A stretch of 64,000 bases of DNA from Eledone cirrhosa (Eukaryota). Position 1 is the stretch's first letter; each line of letters starts with the position of its first letter. Position numbers and translations under genes: made by a program. The stretch lies in NCBI GenBank assembly GCA_964016885.1, contig OZ024754.1:30814001-30878000 (forward strand), given 5' to 3'. The notes under the pieces were generated by a model that saw only the letters and a program-made list of their open reading frames with translations, was not told where the DNA came from and did no database searches. Shown here piece after piece: positions 10,921 to 24,379 of this stretch.

Positions 10921-12790
10921 CTCCTGCCCCCACCACACACAACATGCACCCGCCCCACACCCCTGCCCCCTCCACACACAACACACACACTACATGCACC
11001 CGCCCCACACTACACACAACACACAACATACACCCCTGCCCCCACCACACACAACACACACACTACATGCACCCACCCCACACTACACACAACACACAAC
11101 ATACACCCCTGCCCCCACCACACACAACACACACACTACATGCACCCACCCCATACCACACACAACACACAATATATACCCCTGCCCCCACCACACACAA
11201 CACACACACTACATGCACCCACCCCACACCACACACAACACACAACATACACCCCTGCCCCCACCACACACAACACACACACTACATGCACCCACCCCAT
11301 ACCACACACAACACACAACATATACCCCTGCCCCCACCACACACAACACACACACTACATGCACCCACCCCACACCACACACAACACACAACATACACCC
11401 CTGCCCCCACCACACACAACACACACACTACATGCACCCACCCCATACCACACACAACACACAACATACACCCCTGCCCCCACCACACACAACACACACA
11501 CTTCATGCACCCACCCCACACCACACACAACACACAACATACACCCCTGCCCCCACCACACACAACACACACACTACATGCACCCACCCCACACCACACA
11601 CAACACACAACATACACCCCTGCCCCCACCACACACAACACACACACTACATGCACCCACCCCATACCACACACAACACACAACATATACCCCTGCCCCC
11701 ACCACACACAACACACACACTACATGCACCCACCCCACACCACACACAACACACAACATACACCCCTGCCCCCACCACACACAACACACACACTACATGC
11801 ACCCACCCCATACCACACACAACACACAACATACACCCCTGCCCCCACCACACACAACACACACACTTCATGCACCCACCCCACACCACACACAACACAC
11901 AACATACACCCCTGCCCCCACCACACACAACACACACACTACATGCACCCACCCCACACCACACACAACACACAACATACACCCCTGCCCCCACCACACA
12001 CAACACACACACTACATGCACCCACCCCACACCACACACAACACACAACATACACCCCTGCCCCCACCACACACAACACACACACTACATGCACCCACCC
12101 CACACCACACACAACACACAACATATACCCCTGCCCCCACCACACACAACACACACACTACATGCACCCACCCCATACCACACACAACACACAACATACA
12201 CCCCTGCCCCCACCACACACAACACACACACTTCATGCACCCACCCCACACCACACACAACACACAACATACACCCCTGCCCCCACCACACACAACACAC
12301 ACACTACATGCACCCACCCCACACCACACACAACACACAACATACACCCCTGCCCCCACCACACACAACACACACACTACATGCACCCACCCCACACTAC
12401 ACACAACACACAACATACACCCCTGCCCCCACCACACACAACACACACACTACATGCACCCACCCCACACCACACACAACACACAACATACACCCCTGCC
12501 CCCACCACACACAACACACACACTACATGCACCCACCCCACACTACACACAACACACAACATACACCCCTGCCCCCACCACACACAACACACACACTTCA
12601 TGCACCCACCCCATACCACACACAACACACAACATACACCCCTGCCCCCACCACACACAACACACACACTACATGCACCCACCCCACACCACACACAACA
12701 CACAACATACACCCCTGCCCCCACCACACACAACACACACACTACATGCACCCACCCCACACCACACACAACACACAACATACACCCCTA
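10921..12790. repeat. 73-bp minisatellite, ~25 copies
   Basis: Unit contains CCCCTGCCCCCACCACACACAACACACACACTACATGCACCCACCCCA. Minus-strand ORFs recur every 73 bp. Confidence 0.95.
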
Positions 12791-12829
12791 CACACAGGCA
12801 CGTGCTCACAACACCCACACACAACATAC

Positions 12830-15800
12830 ATCCCTCTACCCCTCCACACACACAACCTACACCCCTACACACTCACACACACATCCCTACACACACAACC
12901 TACATCCCTCCACCCCTCCACACACACAACCTACACCCCTCCACCCCTCCACACACACAACCTACATCCCTCCACCCCTCCACACACACAACCTACACCC
13001 CTCCACCCCTCCACACATACAACCTACATCCCTCCACCCCTCCACACACACAACCTACACCCCTCCACCCCTCCACACACACAACCTACATCCCTCCACC
13101 CCTCCACACACACAACCTACACCCCTCCACCCCTCCACACACACAGCCTACATCCCTCCACCCCTCCACACACACAACCTACATCCCTCCACCCCTCCAC
13201 ACTCACACAACCTACACCCCTCCACCCCTCCACACACACAGCCTACATCCCTCCACCCCTCCACACACACAACCTACATCCCTCCACCCCTCCACACACA
13301 CAACCTACACCCCTCCACCCCTCCACACACACAACCTACATCCCTCCACCCCTCCACACACACAACCTACACCCCTCCACCCCTCCACACACACAACCTA
13401 CATCCCTCCACCCCTCCACACACACAACCTACACCCCTCCACCCCTCCACACACACAGCCTACATCCCTCCACCCCTCCACACACACAACCTACATCCCT
13501 CCACCCCTCCACACTCACACAACCTACACCCCTCCACCCCTCCACACACACAACCTACATCCCTCCACCCCTCCACACACACAACCTACACCCCTCCACC
13601 CCTCCACACACACAACCTACATCCCTCCACCCCTCCACACACACAACCTACACCCCTCCACCCCTCCACACACACAGCCTACATCCCTCCACCCCTCCAC
13701 ACACACAACCTACATCCCTCCACCCCTCCACACTCACACAACCTACACCCCTCCACCCCTCCACACACACAACCTACATCCCTCCACCCCTCCACACACA
13801 CAACCTACACCCCTCCACCCCTCCACACACACAACCTACACCCCTCCACCCCTCCACACACACAGCCTACATCCCTCCACCCCTCCACACACACAGCCTA
13901 CATCCCTCCACCCCTCCACACACACAACCTACATCCCTCTACCCCTCCACACTCACACAACCTACATCCCTCCACCCCTCCACACACACAACCTACACCC
14001 CTCCACCCCTCCACACACACAGCCTACATCCCTCCACCCCTCCACACACACAACCTACACCCCTCCACCCCTCCACACACACAGCCTACATCCCTCCACC
14101 CCTCCACACACACAACCTACACCCCTCCACCCCTCCACACACACAACCTACACCCCTCCACCCCTCCACACACACAGCCTACATCCCTCCACCCCTCCAC
14201 ACACACAACCTACACCCCTCCACCCCTCCACACACACAGCCTACATCCCTCCACCCCTCCACACACACAACCTACACCCCTCCACCCCTCCACACACACA
14301 GCCTACATCCCTCCACCCCTCCACACACACAACCTACACCCCTCCACCCCTCCACACACACAACCTACACCCCTCCACCCCTCCACACACACAGCCTACA
14401 TCCCTCCACCCCTCCACACACACAACCTACACCCCTCCACCCCTCCACACACACAGCCTACATCCCTCCACCCCTCCACACACACAACCTACACCCCTCC
14501 ACCCCTCCACACACACAGCCTACATCCCTCCACCCCTCCACACACACAACCTACACCCCTCCACCCCTCCACACACACAACCTACACCCCTCCACCCCTC
14601 CACACACACAGCCTACATCCCTCTACCCCTCCACACACACAGCCTACATCCCTCCACCCCTCCACACACACAGCCTACATCCCTCCACCCCTCCACTCAC
14701 ACAACCTACATCCCTCCACCCCTCCACACACACAACCTACACCCCTCCACCCCTCCACACACACAGCCTACATCCCTCCACCCCTCCACACACACAGCCT
14801 ACATCCCTCCACCCCTCCACACACACAACCTACACCCCTCCACCCCTCCACACACACAGCCTACATCCCTCCACCCCTCCACACACACAACCTACACCCC
14901 TCCACCCCTCCACACACACAGCCTACACCCCTCCACCCCTCCACACACACAGCCTACATCCCTCCACCCCTCCACACACACAGCCTACATCCCTCCACCC
15001 CTCCACACACACAACCTACATCCCTCCACCCCTCCACACACACAACCTACACCCCTCCACCCCTCCACACAACCTACACCCCTCCACCCCTCCACACACA
15101 CAACCTACATCCCTCCACCCCTCCACACACACAACCTACACCCCTCCACCCCTCCACACACACAGCCTACACCCCTCCACCCCTCCACACACACAGCCTA
15201 CATCCCTCCACCCCTCCACACACACAGCCTACATCCCTCCACCCCTCCACACACACAACCTACATCCCTCCACCCCTCCACACACACACAACCTACATCC
15301 CTCCACCCCTCCACACACACAACCTACACCCCTCCACCCCTCCACACACACAGCCTACATCCCTCCACCCCTCCACACACACAACCTACACCCCTCCACC
15401 CCTCCACACACACAGCCTACATCCCTCCACCCCTCCACACACACACAACCTACATCCCTCCACCCCTCCACACACACAACCTACATCCCTCCACCCCTCC
15501 ACACACACAACCTACATCCCTCCACCCCTACACACACACAACCTACATCCCTCCACCCCTCCACACACACAACCTACATCCCTCCACCCCTACACACACA
15601 CAACCTACATCCCTCCACCCCTCCACACACACAACCTACATCCCTCCACCCCTCCACACACACAACCTACACCCCTCCACCCCTCCACACACACAGCCTA
15701 CATCCCTCCACCCCTCCACACACACACAGCCTACATCCCTCCACCCCTCCACACAACCTACACCCCTCCACCCCTCCACACACACAGCCTACATCCCTCC

Positions 15801-15961
15801 ACCCCTCCACACACACAACCTACATCCCTCCACCCCTCCACACACACAACCTACATCCCTCCACCCCTACACACACACAACCTACATCCCTCCACCCCTC
15901 CACACACACAACCTACATCCCTCCACCCCTACACACACACAACCTACATCCCTCCACTCCT

Positions 15962-15965
<4 letters not shown>
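12830..15965. repeat. 31-bp minisatellite, ~100 copies
   Basis: TACA(T/C)CCCTCCACCCCTCCACACACACA(A/G)CC. Confidence 0.95.
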
Positions 15966-16005
<40 letters not shown>

Positions 16006-16324
16006 CCCTTCAGATTGTGAGGAATTATAGAAAGGCTATCAACTGGGTTTTGCTGCTCTCCTGTACATTCTGCTACAGGGACTGCTAAAAACATCTGCAT
16101 CAGTTGCACATGCACTTGCACCAAGACATACACTACCTCCCTCTCTCTGTAGATAGATTGATAGATTATGGTGTATTGATAAATCCTGATGTATCAATAT
16201 ACCCAGATCTATTGATATAAATGGTGTTTGTGTTGAGGCATTTTAGGCTAAGGGAGAACTGTATTGATGTCACAGTTAAATAGACAGATCAAAGACACAC
16301 CGATGAAGAGATAACTTCTGTGTA

Positions 16325-16368
<44 letters not shown>

Positions 16369-16514
16369 TGTGTGTGTATGTGTGTGTGTGTGTCTGTGTG
16401 TGTCTGTGTGTATGTGTGTGTGTGTGTCCGTCTGTGTGTGTGTGTGTGTGTGTATTTGTGTAAACTTTATTAACACAATATGAGTGCTACCCTTTATCTT
16501 CAAGTTATCCATCC

Positions 16515-16557
<43 letters not shown>

Positions 16558-16560
16558 CAT

Positions 16561-16642
16561 AGTTTTATTTTCATATACCTGTATGTAAACTCCCCATTTG
16601 TATTTGTCCCCTTCTTTTGTGCCCTTGTGGCTAATAAAGAAA
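16561..16642 (+). mobile_element. 3'-terminal fragment of Tx1/L1-type LINE in (TCTA)n
   Basis: TTGTCCCCTTCTTTTGTGCCCTTGTGGCTAATAAAGAAA matches the 3' end of the 17673-18477 element. (TCTA)n on both sides. Confidence 0.7.
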
Positions 16643-16919
16643 CATATCTATCTATCTATCTTTCTATCTATCTATCCATCTATATATTGCACTTTCTAAA
16701 CATCCATTCATCCACTTCTCTCTCTTTCTCTCTTTCTCAGTATATATGTGTGTGTATGTGTGTGTGTATGTATGAGTGTATATGCATATATGTAGATGCA
16801 CATGTGTATATGTGTAGATATGTATATGCATATGTGTAGGTGCACATGTGTATATATGTATGTATATATACATATATATATATATATCATCATCATCATT
16901 TATAGATAGATAGATATAC

Positions 16920-16979
<60 letters not shown>

Positions 16980-17126
16980 ATATATATATACATGTATATA
17001 TATACATATATATATGAACCAGTTACTATCAGTCTATTGCACTGTGTGTGTAATCCATTGATGTAGAGAAGAAAAAGAGAAGAGTTGTACTTGATATTGA
17101 TGTTTTGTGGAGGACAAATGGCAAGA

Positions 17127-17199
<73 letters not shown>

Positions 17200-17672
17200 C
17201 ACACACACTCATATAAAAAAAAAACATAGATAGTAAATAGATAGAGAACTACATCAAAACAAACGAAAGCCAAAATACCATACAAATATATATATATATA
17301 TATGCTGTATATACAAATATGTGTATATATGTGTACATGTGTAGTGTATATATTGAATAGTTTGTAGAAAGAAGAAATCAAAGTGCAGTCAGTATGTGAC
17401 CTGATCTTTACCAAAAGGTCAAACCTGAATGGAGGGAAATATAAAAAAAAAATACAGGGTTTGTATGTAATATATATGAATGACAAGATAGATAGATAGA
17501 GTAATAGATTGGGAGAGAGATAGTTAATTAGATAGATATATAGATAGAGGGAGGGGGAGATAGATAGATAGATAAATAGATAGATGGCGGGAGAGATAGA
17601 TGGATGGATGGATAAAAAGATATATAGATAGATAGATTGAAAGATTGATAGTTAGATAGATAGATAGATAGA

Positions 17673-18477
17673 TTTCTTTATTTGCTACAAGGGTGAACAA
17701 GAAAAGGGGACAATACAAGGACAAATGCTGGGGATTTTACATACAGTCATGTAAAAAAAATGTTTAACAAACAAATTCAACAATTGAAATCCCCAATAGT
17801 TGGGAGGCGTTACAAATAGGTTGTTTTATACCCCGTAGATAGAACAACCCTCAACTCCAGGAGCATGTTGTGCAAGTGATCCTTTCTTCCTTTTTCCCTC
17901 ATCTTTCAACCTACAGGTTTATATACAGAGAAGGCGCAATCACTCGGGCCATTTTTGCCTCATTCACCCACCTTTCAGTAAATTTACTGGGGTGCAGTGC
18001 CTCTCTCTCCACTCTGATTCTCCTTCTAAAGTGGTACCTAAAGAAGGGAATGAGTTGTTGTCCGGAGGGAAAGGCATCTGTCCTTAGTCTTCTCAATCTT
18101 GTCCACCATATAACCTCTTTCACCATAGCCACTATACAGAGGAAAACCGCCTCTCTTTCGTTTTTGAAAGAAATTGGCGGTTTGATCCTTACTATGGACT
18201 CGGCAGTCAACTGTATTTGTCCCATACGTGACAGCAGTTGTTCTGCATAGTTCCACAGGTCGGTTACACCCAGGAAGTGTACAATTGCATGCAGGACTGT
18301 TTCAATGTCCTGCTCGCATCTTGGACACGTTCTCTTGGAAGGATCCCTGCCGGAACAGCCGTGCCTATAGATCTTATCTCGTACTGGTAGAGCTCCTCGG
18401 TAGCACTGCAGGTCAGGGACCTCTGGAAGTTGTCCATAGGTCCCGGGTGAAAAGTCCTACTCTCCGAGCATCCTCAG
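17673..18477 (-). mobile_element. Tx1/L1-clade LINE, 5'-truncated (zf-RVT, C-terminus, 3' UTR)
   Basis: Minus translation CYRGALPVRDKIYRHG..TCPRCEQDIETVLHAIVH..LWNYAEQLL..KEVIWWTR.., frameshifted. 3' UTR ends AATAAAGAAA followed by (TCTA)n. Confidence 0.8.
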
Positions 18478-18743
18478 TTTTATATATATAGATAATATAT
18501 AAAGAGATTGTTTTATCTTGTAAATTTTTATTCCATTTGTGAAAAAGCTATAAGCTCAAAGATTGTACAATCATTATCATCATACACACACATATATATA
18601 TAAGTATATTATATACATACACACACACATATACACTCACACACTCACTCACACACACATACACACACACACATATACACACACACACTCACTCACACAC
18701 ACATACACATACACACACATATACACACACACACTCACTCACG

Positions 18744-18784
<41 letters not shown>

Positions 18785-18886
18785 ACACTCACTCACACAC
18801 ACACACACACACAGAACACATATACACACACACACTCACTCACGCACACATACACACACATACACATATATACACACACACTCACT

Positions 18887-18917
<31 letters not shown>

Positions 18918-18966
18918 TATATATATAATATATATCATCATTTAACGTGGAAGATAGACGTTAAAC

Positions 18967-19004
<38 letters not shown>

Positions 19005-19402
19005 ATATGAACTAAATAATTCATATAATTATCAGATATTTGTTGTTGATTAAAAAAAAATAATTTTCATTTGATTTAAAAAAAGTGTTTTAAGATTGTT
19101 TGTCTTTATATTTATATGTTGTATTGTAAAATTGATGACTGTTCTTTGGTTTCTGTTCATTAATAAATATTTAACATATTATTTACACTACTTTCTATTT
19201 ACTGTATGGTTAAGGAGTTCATTTTACAGCCATATATTTTGGGGGTTCTATTCTACTGTCTGACACTTTGGACAAGTAACAAAAAAATTGACCAGTAACA
19301 AAAAAATTGACTTTCTTCCTAATTTTTATCAAGATTTATAAGTGTTAAAAAATATACAGATTTGTATAATTAAGAAACAAACTATTGGATTTATTGAGAA
19401 AA

Positions 19403-19634
19403 ATATTGGTAGCAACCACTATACTGATTTACAGTTGATCTACTGTTATACATACACACATGCACACACATATATATATACACACACACACATATATATA
19501 TATATACACACACACATATATATATATATACACACACACATATATATGTGTGTCTATGTCTGGGGTGTATATATATGTCTATATGTATGACTGTAGGTCA
19601 ACTGTAAAATCAGTATATTTGTTGCTACAAATAT
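19403..19634. repeat. Imperfect ~50-bp inverted repeat enclosing CA/TA microsatellite
   Basis: ATATTGGTAGCAACCACTATACTGATTTACAGTTGATCTACTGTTATAC versus GTATGACTGTAGGTCAACTGTAAAATCAGTATATTTGTTGCTACAAATAT. Confidence 0.7.
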
Positions 19635-19637
19635 ATA

Positions 19638-19716
19638 CAGAGTGTCTCAAAAAAATGTATACACATATTTATTAGAATGCTGTTAAAGTGTGCATACATT
19701 TTTGGGGGACACCCTA
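19638..19716. mobile_element. 79-bp Tc1/mariner-type MITE
   Basis: Diverged copy of 42678-42756, TA-flanked. Confidence 0.7.
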
Positions 19717-19814
19717 TATAGACACACATACACAAATTCTTTCGCTATGACATGCATACGTACACATTCGCCTACATATACACATACATATATATATATA
19801 TATATATGTACATA

Positions 19815-19864
<50 letters not shown>

Positions 19865-20101
19865 TATGTACATACACATACATCTACACATTCACACATA
19901 TCTACATATACTTACACATGTAGGTGTACATACATCAATATGTTCAGTCGTTCAATAATTAATCAAAACATCTCATCTACAACACTAAAACAATTGATTT
20001 TTTTTTCTGATTACTTTAAATCATTACTTACACACCCCTCTCTCTTTCTACCCCCTCCCTTTATCTGTATTTCTACGAATATACTTATATACATATGTAT
20101 A

Positions 20102-20164
<63 letters not shown>

Positions 20165-20289
20165 GTATATATATATGTGTGTGTGTGTGTGTGCGTGTGT
20201 GTATTTAATTTTATACTTGCACTTCTAGGTTATCACTATATACATTACTATAGCAATACTACATACGTATACACTATAATTACACACAT

Positions 20290-20575
20290 GTGTGTTAGTG
20301 TGAGTGTTTGTGTGTGTTAACGTGTATGTGTGAGTGTTTGTGTGTGCTTACATGTATGTGTGAGTGTTTGTGTGTGTTTACGAGTATGTGTGAGTGTTTG
20401 TGTGTGCTTACGTGTATGTGTGAGTGTTTGTGTGTGCTTACGTGTATGTGTGAATGTTTGTGTGTGCTTACGTGTATGTGTGAATGTTTGTGTGTGCTTA
20501 CGTGTATGTGTGAATGTTTGTGTGTGCTTACGTGTACGTGTGAATGTTTGTGTGTGCTTACGTGTACGTGTGTGT
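20290..20575. repeat. 30-bp minisatellite
   Basis: GTGTATGTGTGA(G/A)TGTTTGTGTGTGCTTAC, ~9 copies. Confidence 0.9.
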
Positions 20576-20653
20576 TAATGTGTATGTGCTGCCTGCATAA
20601 GGGGTTATTTTAGCATGGCGCAAAGTGCTAGAACCATTGTGGCATTAGATTAA

Positions 20654-20860
20654 CCCTTTAGCAGTGAAACCGGCCACATCAGGCTAGAATTCTCTCAGTT
20701 CTTTCTGTTCAAACCAGCTGTAACCAGCTGCTCATACTTATGTTAAGGTATTTTCTCGAAATAGATAATATCAAAATCTTTTAGATTCAATATCACGTGA
20801 GATAAAGCCTGTGCCATGAAAATATAATAGTAAATATAGGGTAATGTGAATGCTAAAGGG
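20654..20860. mobile_element. piggyBac-type MITE copy
   Basis: TTAA-CCCTTTAGCA...TGCTAAAGGG-TTAA. Confidence 0.8.
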
Positions 20861-21082
20861 TTAAAATGGTCTGCAACTTTTATTATAATACCCCTAGAAA
20901 TCCTGGTTCCATCCCACATGATGTCTGTATTGGCCTTCATCTTTCAGAGTTTGGCAGTTAGTAGCTGTATTGTTGTCATACATGATACCTTGCAGTATCT
21001 CTCGTGGCTTTCTGCCTTCTTACTCTGAACCATACATGTATTCATACACATATATGTTGAGGCATTTTCTTCTGGTCATTAA

Positions 21083-21298
21083 CCCTTTAGCTTTCAAACC
21101 GGCTATATCTGGCCCAAATTCTCTCACCTATTTCTGTTCAAACTGGCTGTAACTGGCCACTCATACTTATGTTAAGGTATTGTTCTTAAAATAGATAATA
21201 TGAAAATCTCATAGATACGCTATTATGTGAAATAATTATGTGAAGTAAAGCCTACCATGATAATATAGTAAATATAGAGTAATGTAAATGGTAAACAG
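21083..21298. mobile_element. piggyBac-type MITE copy
   Basis: TTAA-CCCTTTAGC...AAATGGTAAACAG-TTAA, homologous interior. Confidence 0.75.
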
Positions 21299-21539
21299 TT
21301 AATGAAACTAAGTGCACCAGTGTCATCCTGAACACATTTTTACCCAACAACATCTTTATTCACTCTTGTGCACTACTTTGCCATGTAAAACACTTTAATC
21401 CTCTGCTCCTCATGTCACAGAACATTAGTAAATCTCCTAGTTCCTACATGTTATGTAAACATGTTATCTAGTTTATCTTTTAGCTACTTCTCTCTTACCT
21501 ATTTGGTAATGTTCTTTGTTGCACCTATTTTTCCACAAC

Positions 21540-22250
21540 ACGTAGCTCTAATGGCTTTCTTCAGTGATGTCCCAGATTAGTTTACCTTTTCCCAGCCTCG
21601 CATTTTGCTCCACCCATGGATCTCGTCAATAACCAGCAGCAGGTTGTCCCATACAAACTTCCAATTGTCCTCTGTCATGTGTGTCTATCTCCCCACCTCT
21701 CACTGAACATGTGTAGAAGTTTATGATCGTTTAGCTTCCAAACAGCATTTCTCTAGTTTCATGTGTTTCTGATTTTCAATAGTTCTTATTTTGATGCCAC
21801 TGATAACTTATATATTTTGGGGTTGGAGTTCATTGTTCTCTGATTAGGGATTAGCATTCCCATTTCTGTTGAGGAAGGGGTCAATTTTGTGTGTGTTCAC
21901 CTGATTCATAAGTGATCAAGTGGCTGACTAGTTTCCTGAATTTAGTGTTCCCAATAGGCCATTTGGATTACAGAATTCTAGGAGTCTTGATCTCTCCTAA
22001 TTTCTCAAGCCATATCCCTAACCATCAGGCACTCTAGTGTAGCCATCTTGATGTTGCACAGCATGTCCATTTAAGTCATCAGCCTGAATGATGAAGCTAT
22101 TGTTATCTGTGACTAAAGTCATCTGTAAAAGGTCATCTTTTGGTAGCTGCTTTCTGTGTGATTGTTTGATTAATGGTCAAGGGTTCTCACACATGGCTAG
22201 GTTATCCACCCCTCTAATGCGAGCAGCACATAAGTCCTGTATATGCAATT
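21540..22250 (-). mobile_element. Heavily decayed RTE LINE (APE endonuclease and linker region)
   Basis: Minus translation ADDLNGHAVQHQDGY..G*GYGLRN*ERSRLLEFC (GDFNGHVG..GxGxRN.EG.RLLEFC motif) and EDNWKFVWDNLL..DEIHGWSK. Confidence 0.65.
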
Positions 22251-22869
22251 AGTGGTTATCATGGGTTATACTATACATAGTTATTTGGCTAGGTTATTTT
22301 CTGACTGGATATCCTTCATATCACTAACCACTTTACAGCTTCAACTGGGTGTCTTTTATTGTACCACCAGCACTAGAGAAGTTGTCTGTTGGAACTTAAG
22401 AATCCTCTCTACCCTGTATCAGTTTTTATTCAGAGTGACTGCTCTCCTAGACAGGTTGCCTTTGCATATACTGTTATCTATTTATTATATCGTATTGTTA
22501 TGCATCTCACATATTCACATAGACTACAATCTTATGTTCATAACACACACCTTTTCTTTCCTCTCTCAGCCCTTTTTATTGCCTGCCAAAACCAGGAGAG
22601 CCCTCAACCCTGCACTGGTCCTCCTTAACCTTGTATTCCACTAGTTGATGTTCCTGTTGTCAACTCCCTTGTCCCCTGATGACACAACAGAACATCACCT
22701 CACTGGGCCCTCTAGGGGTCTGGTTTCCAGTGGTGGGTAGATATTTAGTTCAACTGCATCTAGCACCATTTGAAATCAGTACCTCTGCAGGTTGCCATCA
22801 CAACTAATTTGAACTAATAAGCCTAAATCTTCTGTTGACCTAGGGGTTGGGAGTTGTTTGGCCCTTAAT

Positions 22870-23185
22870 CCCCCACATCACACCACTCCACAACACACTA
22901 CACCACACCACACCACTCCACAACACACCACACCACTCCACACCACACCACCGTACACCCCACCCCACCACACCACCCACACCCACCCACCCGGTCACAC
23001 CCACCCCACACCACCCGCACCACACCACACCACCCCACACCACAACACTCCACTCCGCACCACACCACTCTACACCACACCCCACTACACCCCCCCACCC
23101 TACCTAACCCCCACCCCCACCCCACCCCAGCCCCACACCACTCCACCCCGCACCACACCACACCACTCAACACCACTGCACCTCC
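22870..23185. repeat. (CACAC/CACTC)n low-complexity repeat
   Basis: Direct reading. Confidence 0.85.
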
Positions 23186-23489
23186 TCCACTTTTACTAAT
23201 GAGACTTCATTTATTACCATTTTATTCTCTCACAATGGTTCTACTTCCTCCTGCTACCCCTCTCTCACACTCTGTGGTTCTTCTCCCCCCCCCCCCCCCA
23301 CATATGCACACTGTCTCTTTTTCTCTCTCAACTCTCCCTCCCCCTCTATTTGCTCTTCACCTTATATCTCCACAACATACATCCCTCTCTCTATATTACA
23401 GTCATGTCTGATACAGGTGTTTGCAAACGTATTTCCCTCCTCCCTTTCTAATTAATCAACAATAATGGCATTGTTTTACTAACTACTAA

Positions 23490-24320
23490 ACTATAGTAAT
23501 ACTAGTATTTTTTCACTCAGTTCTACTATTAGTAGATTTTCAATCAATACTATAGTACTATTAGTATATTTTCACTCAGTTCTATAGTATTACTAGTATG
23601 TTTTCAATCTGTACTATAGTACTATTAGTATATTTTCAATCAATAATATAGTACTATTAGTATATTTTCACTCAGTTCTATAGTATTACTAGTATGTTTT
23701 CACTCTGTACTATAGTACTATTAGTATATTTTCAATCAATACTATAGTACTATTAGTATATTTTCACTCAGTTCTATAGTATTACTAGTATGTTTTCAAT
23801 CTGTACTATAGTACTATTAGTATATTTTCAATCAATACTATAGTACTATTAGTATATTTTCACTCAGTTCTATAGTATTACTAGTATGTTTTCACTCTGT
23901 ACTATAGTACTATTAGTATATTTTCAATCAATACTATAGTACTATTAGTATATTTTCACTCAGTTCTATAGTATTACTAGTATGTTTTCAATCTGTACTA
24001 TAGTACTATTAGTATATTTTCAATCAATACTATAGTACTATTAGTATATTTTCAATCAATACTATAGTATTACTAGTATATTTTCACCCAGTACTAAACT
24101 ATAATATTACTAGTATGTTTTCACCCAGTTTTAAACTACAGTATTACTAGTATGTTTTCACCCAGTTTTAAACTATAGTATTACTAGTATGTTTTCGCCC
24201 AGTATTAAACTATAATACTAGTATGTTTTCACACAGTATTAAACTATAATTATACTAGTATGTTTTCACACAGTATTAAACTATAGTACTACTAGTATGT
24301 TTTCACACTGTACTAAATAA
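23490..24320. repeat. 32-bp minisatellite with 96-bp trimeric higher-order pattern
   Basis: TTTTCA recurs every 32 bp. Variants CAATCAAT / CACTCAGT / CA(A/C)TCTGT cycle in order. Confidence 0.9.
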
Positions 24321-24379
24321 TATGCTATTATTACCAATATACAACTAATACAAATTGTATTCTACATATTTTTAGTATC

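Noticed and set aside
10618-16088. Three overlapping 1700-1800 aa His/Thr/Pro-rich ORFs
   Set aside because: All three + frames are open because the 73- and 31-bp C/A-rich units lack stops. Unit lengths are not multiples of 3, so there is no frame preference.
17870-18491. + strand ORFs of 126 and 87 aa
   Set aside because: Antisense shadows of the Tx1-like LINE on the minus strand.
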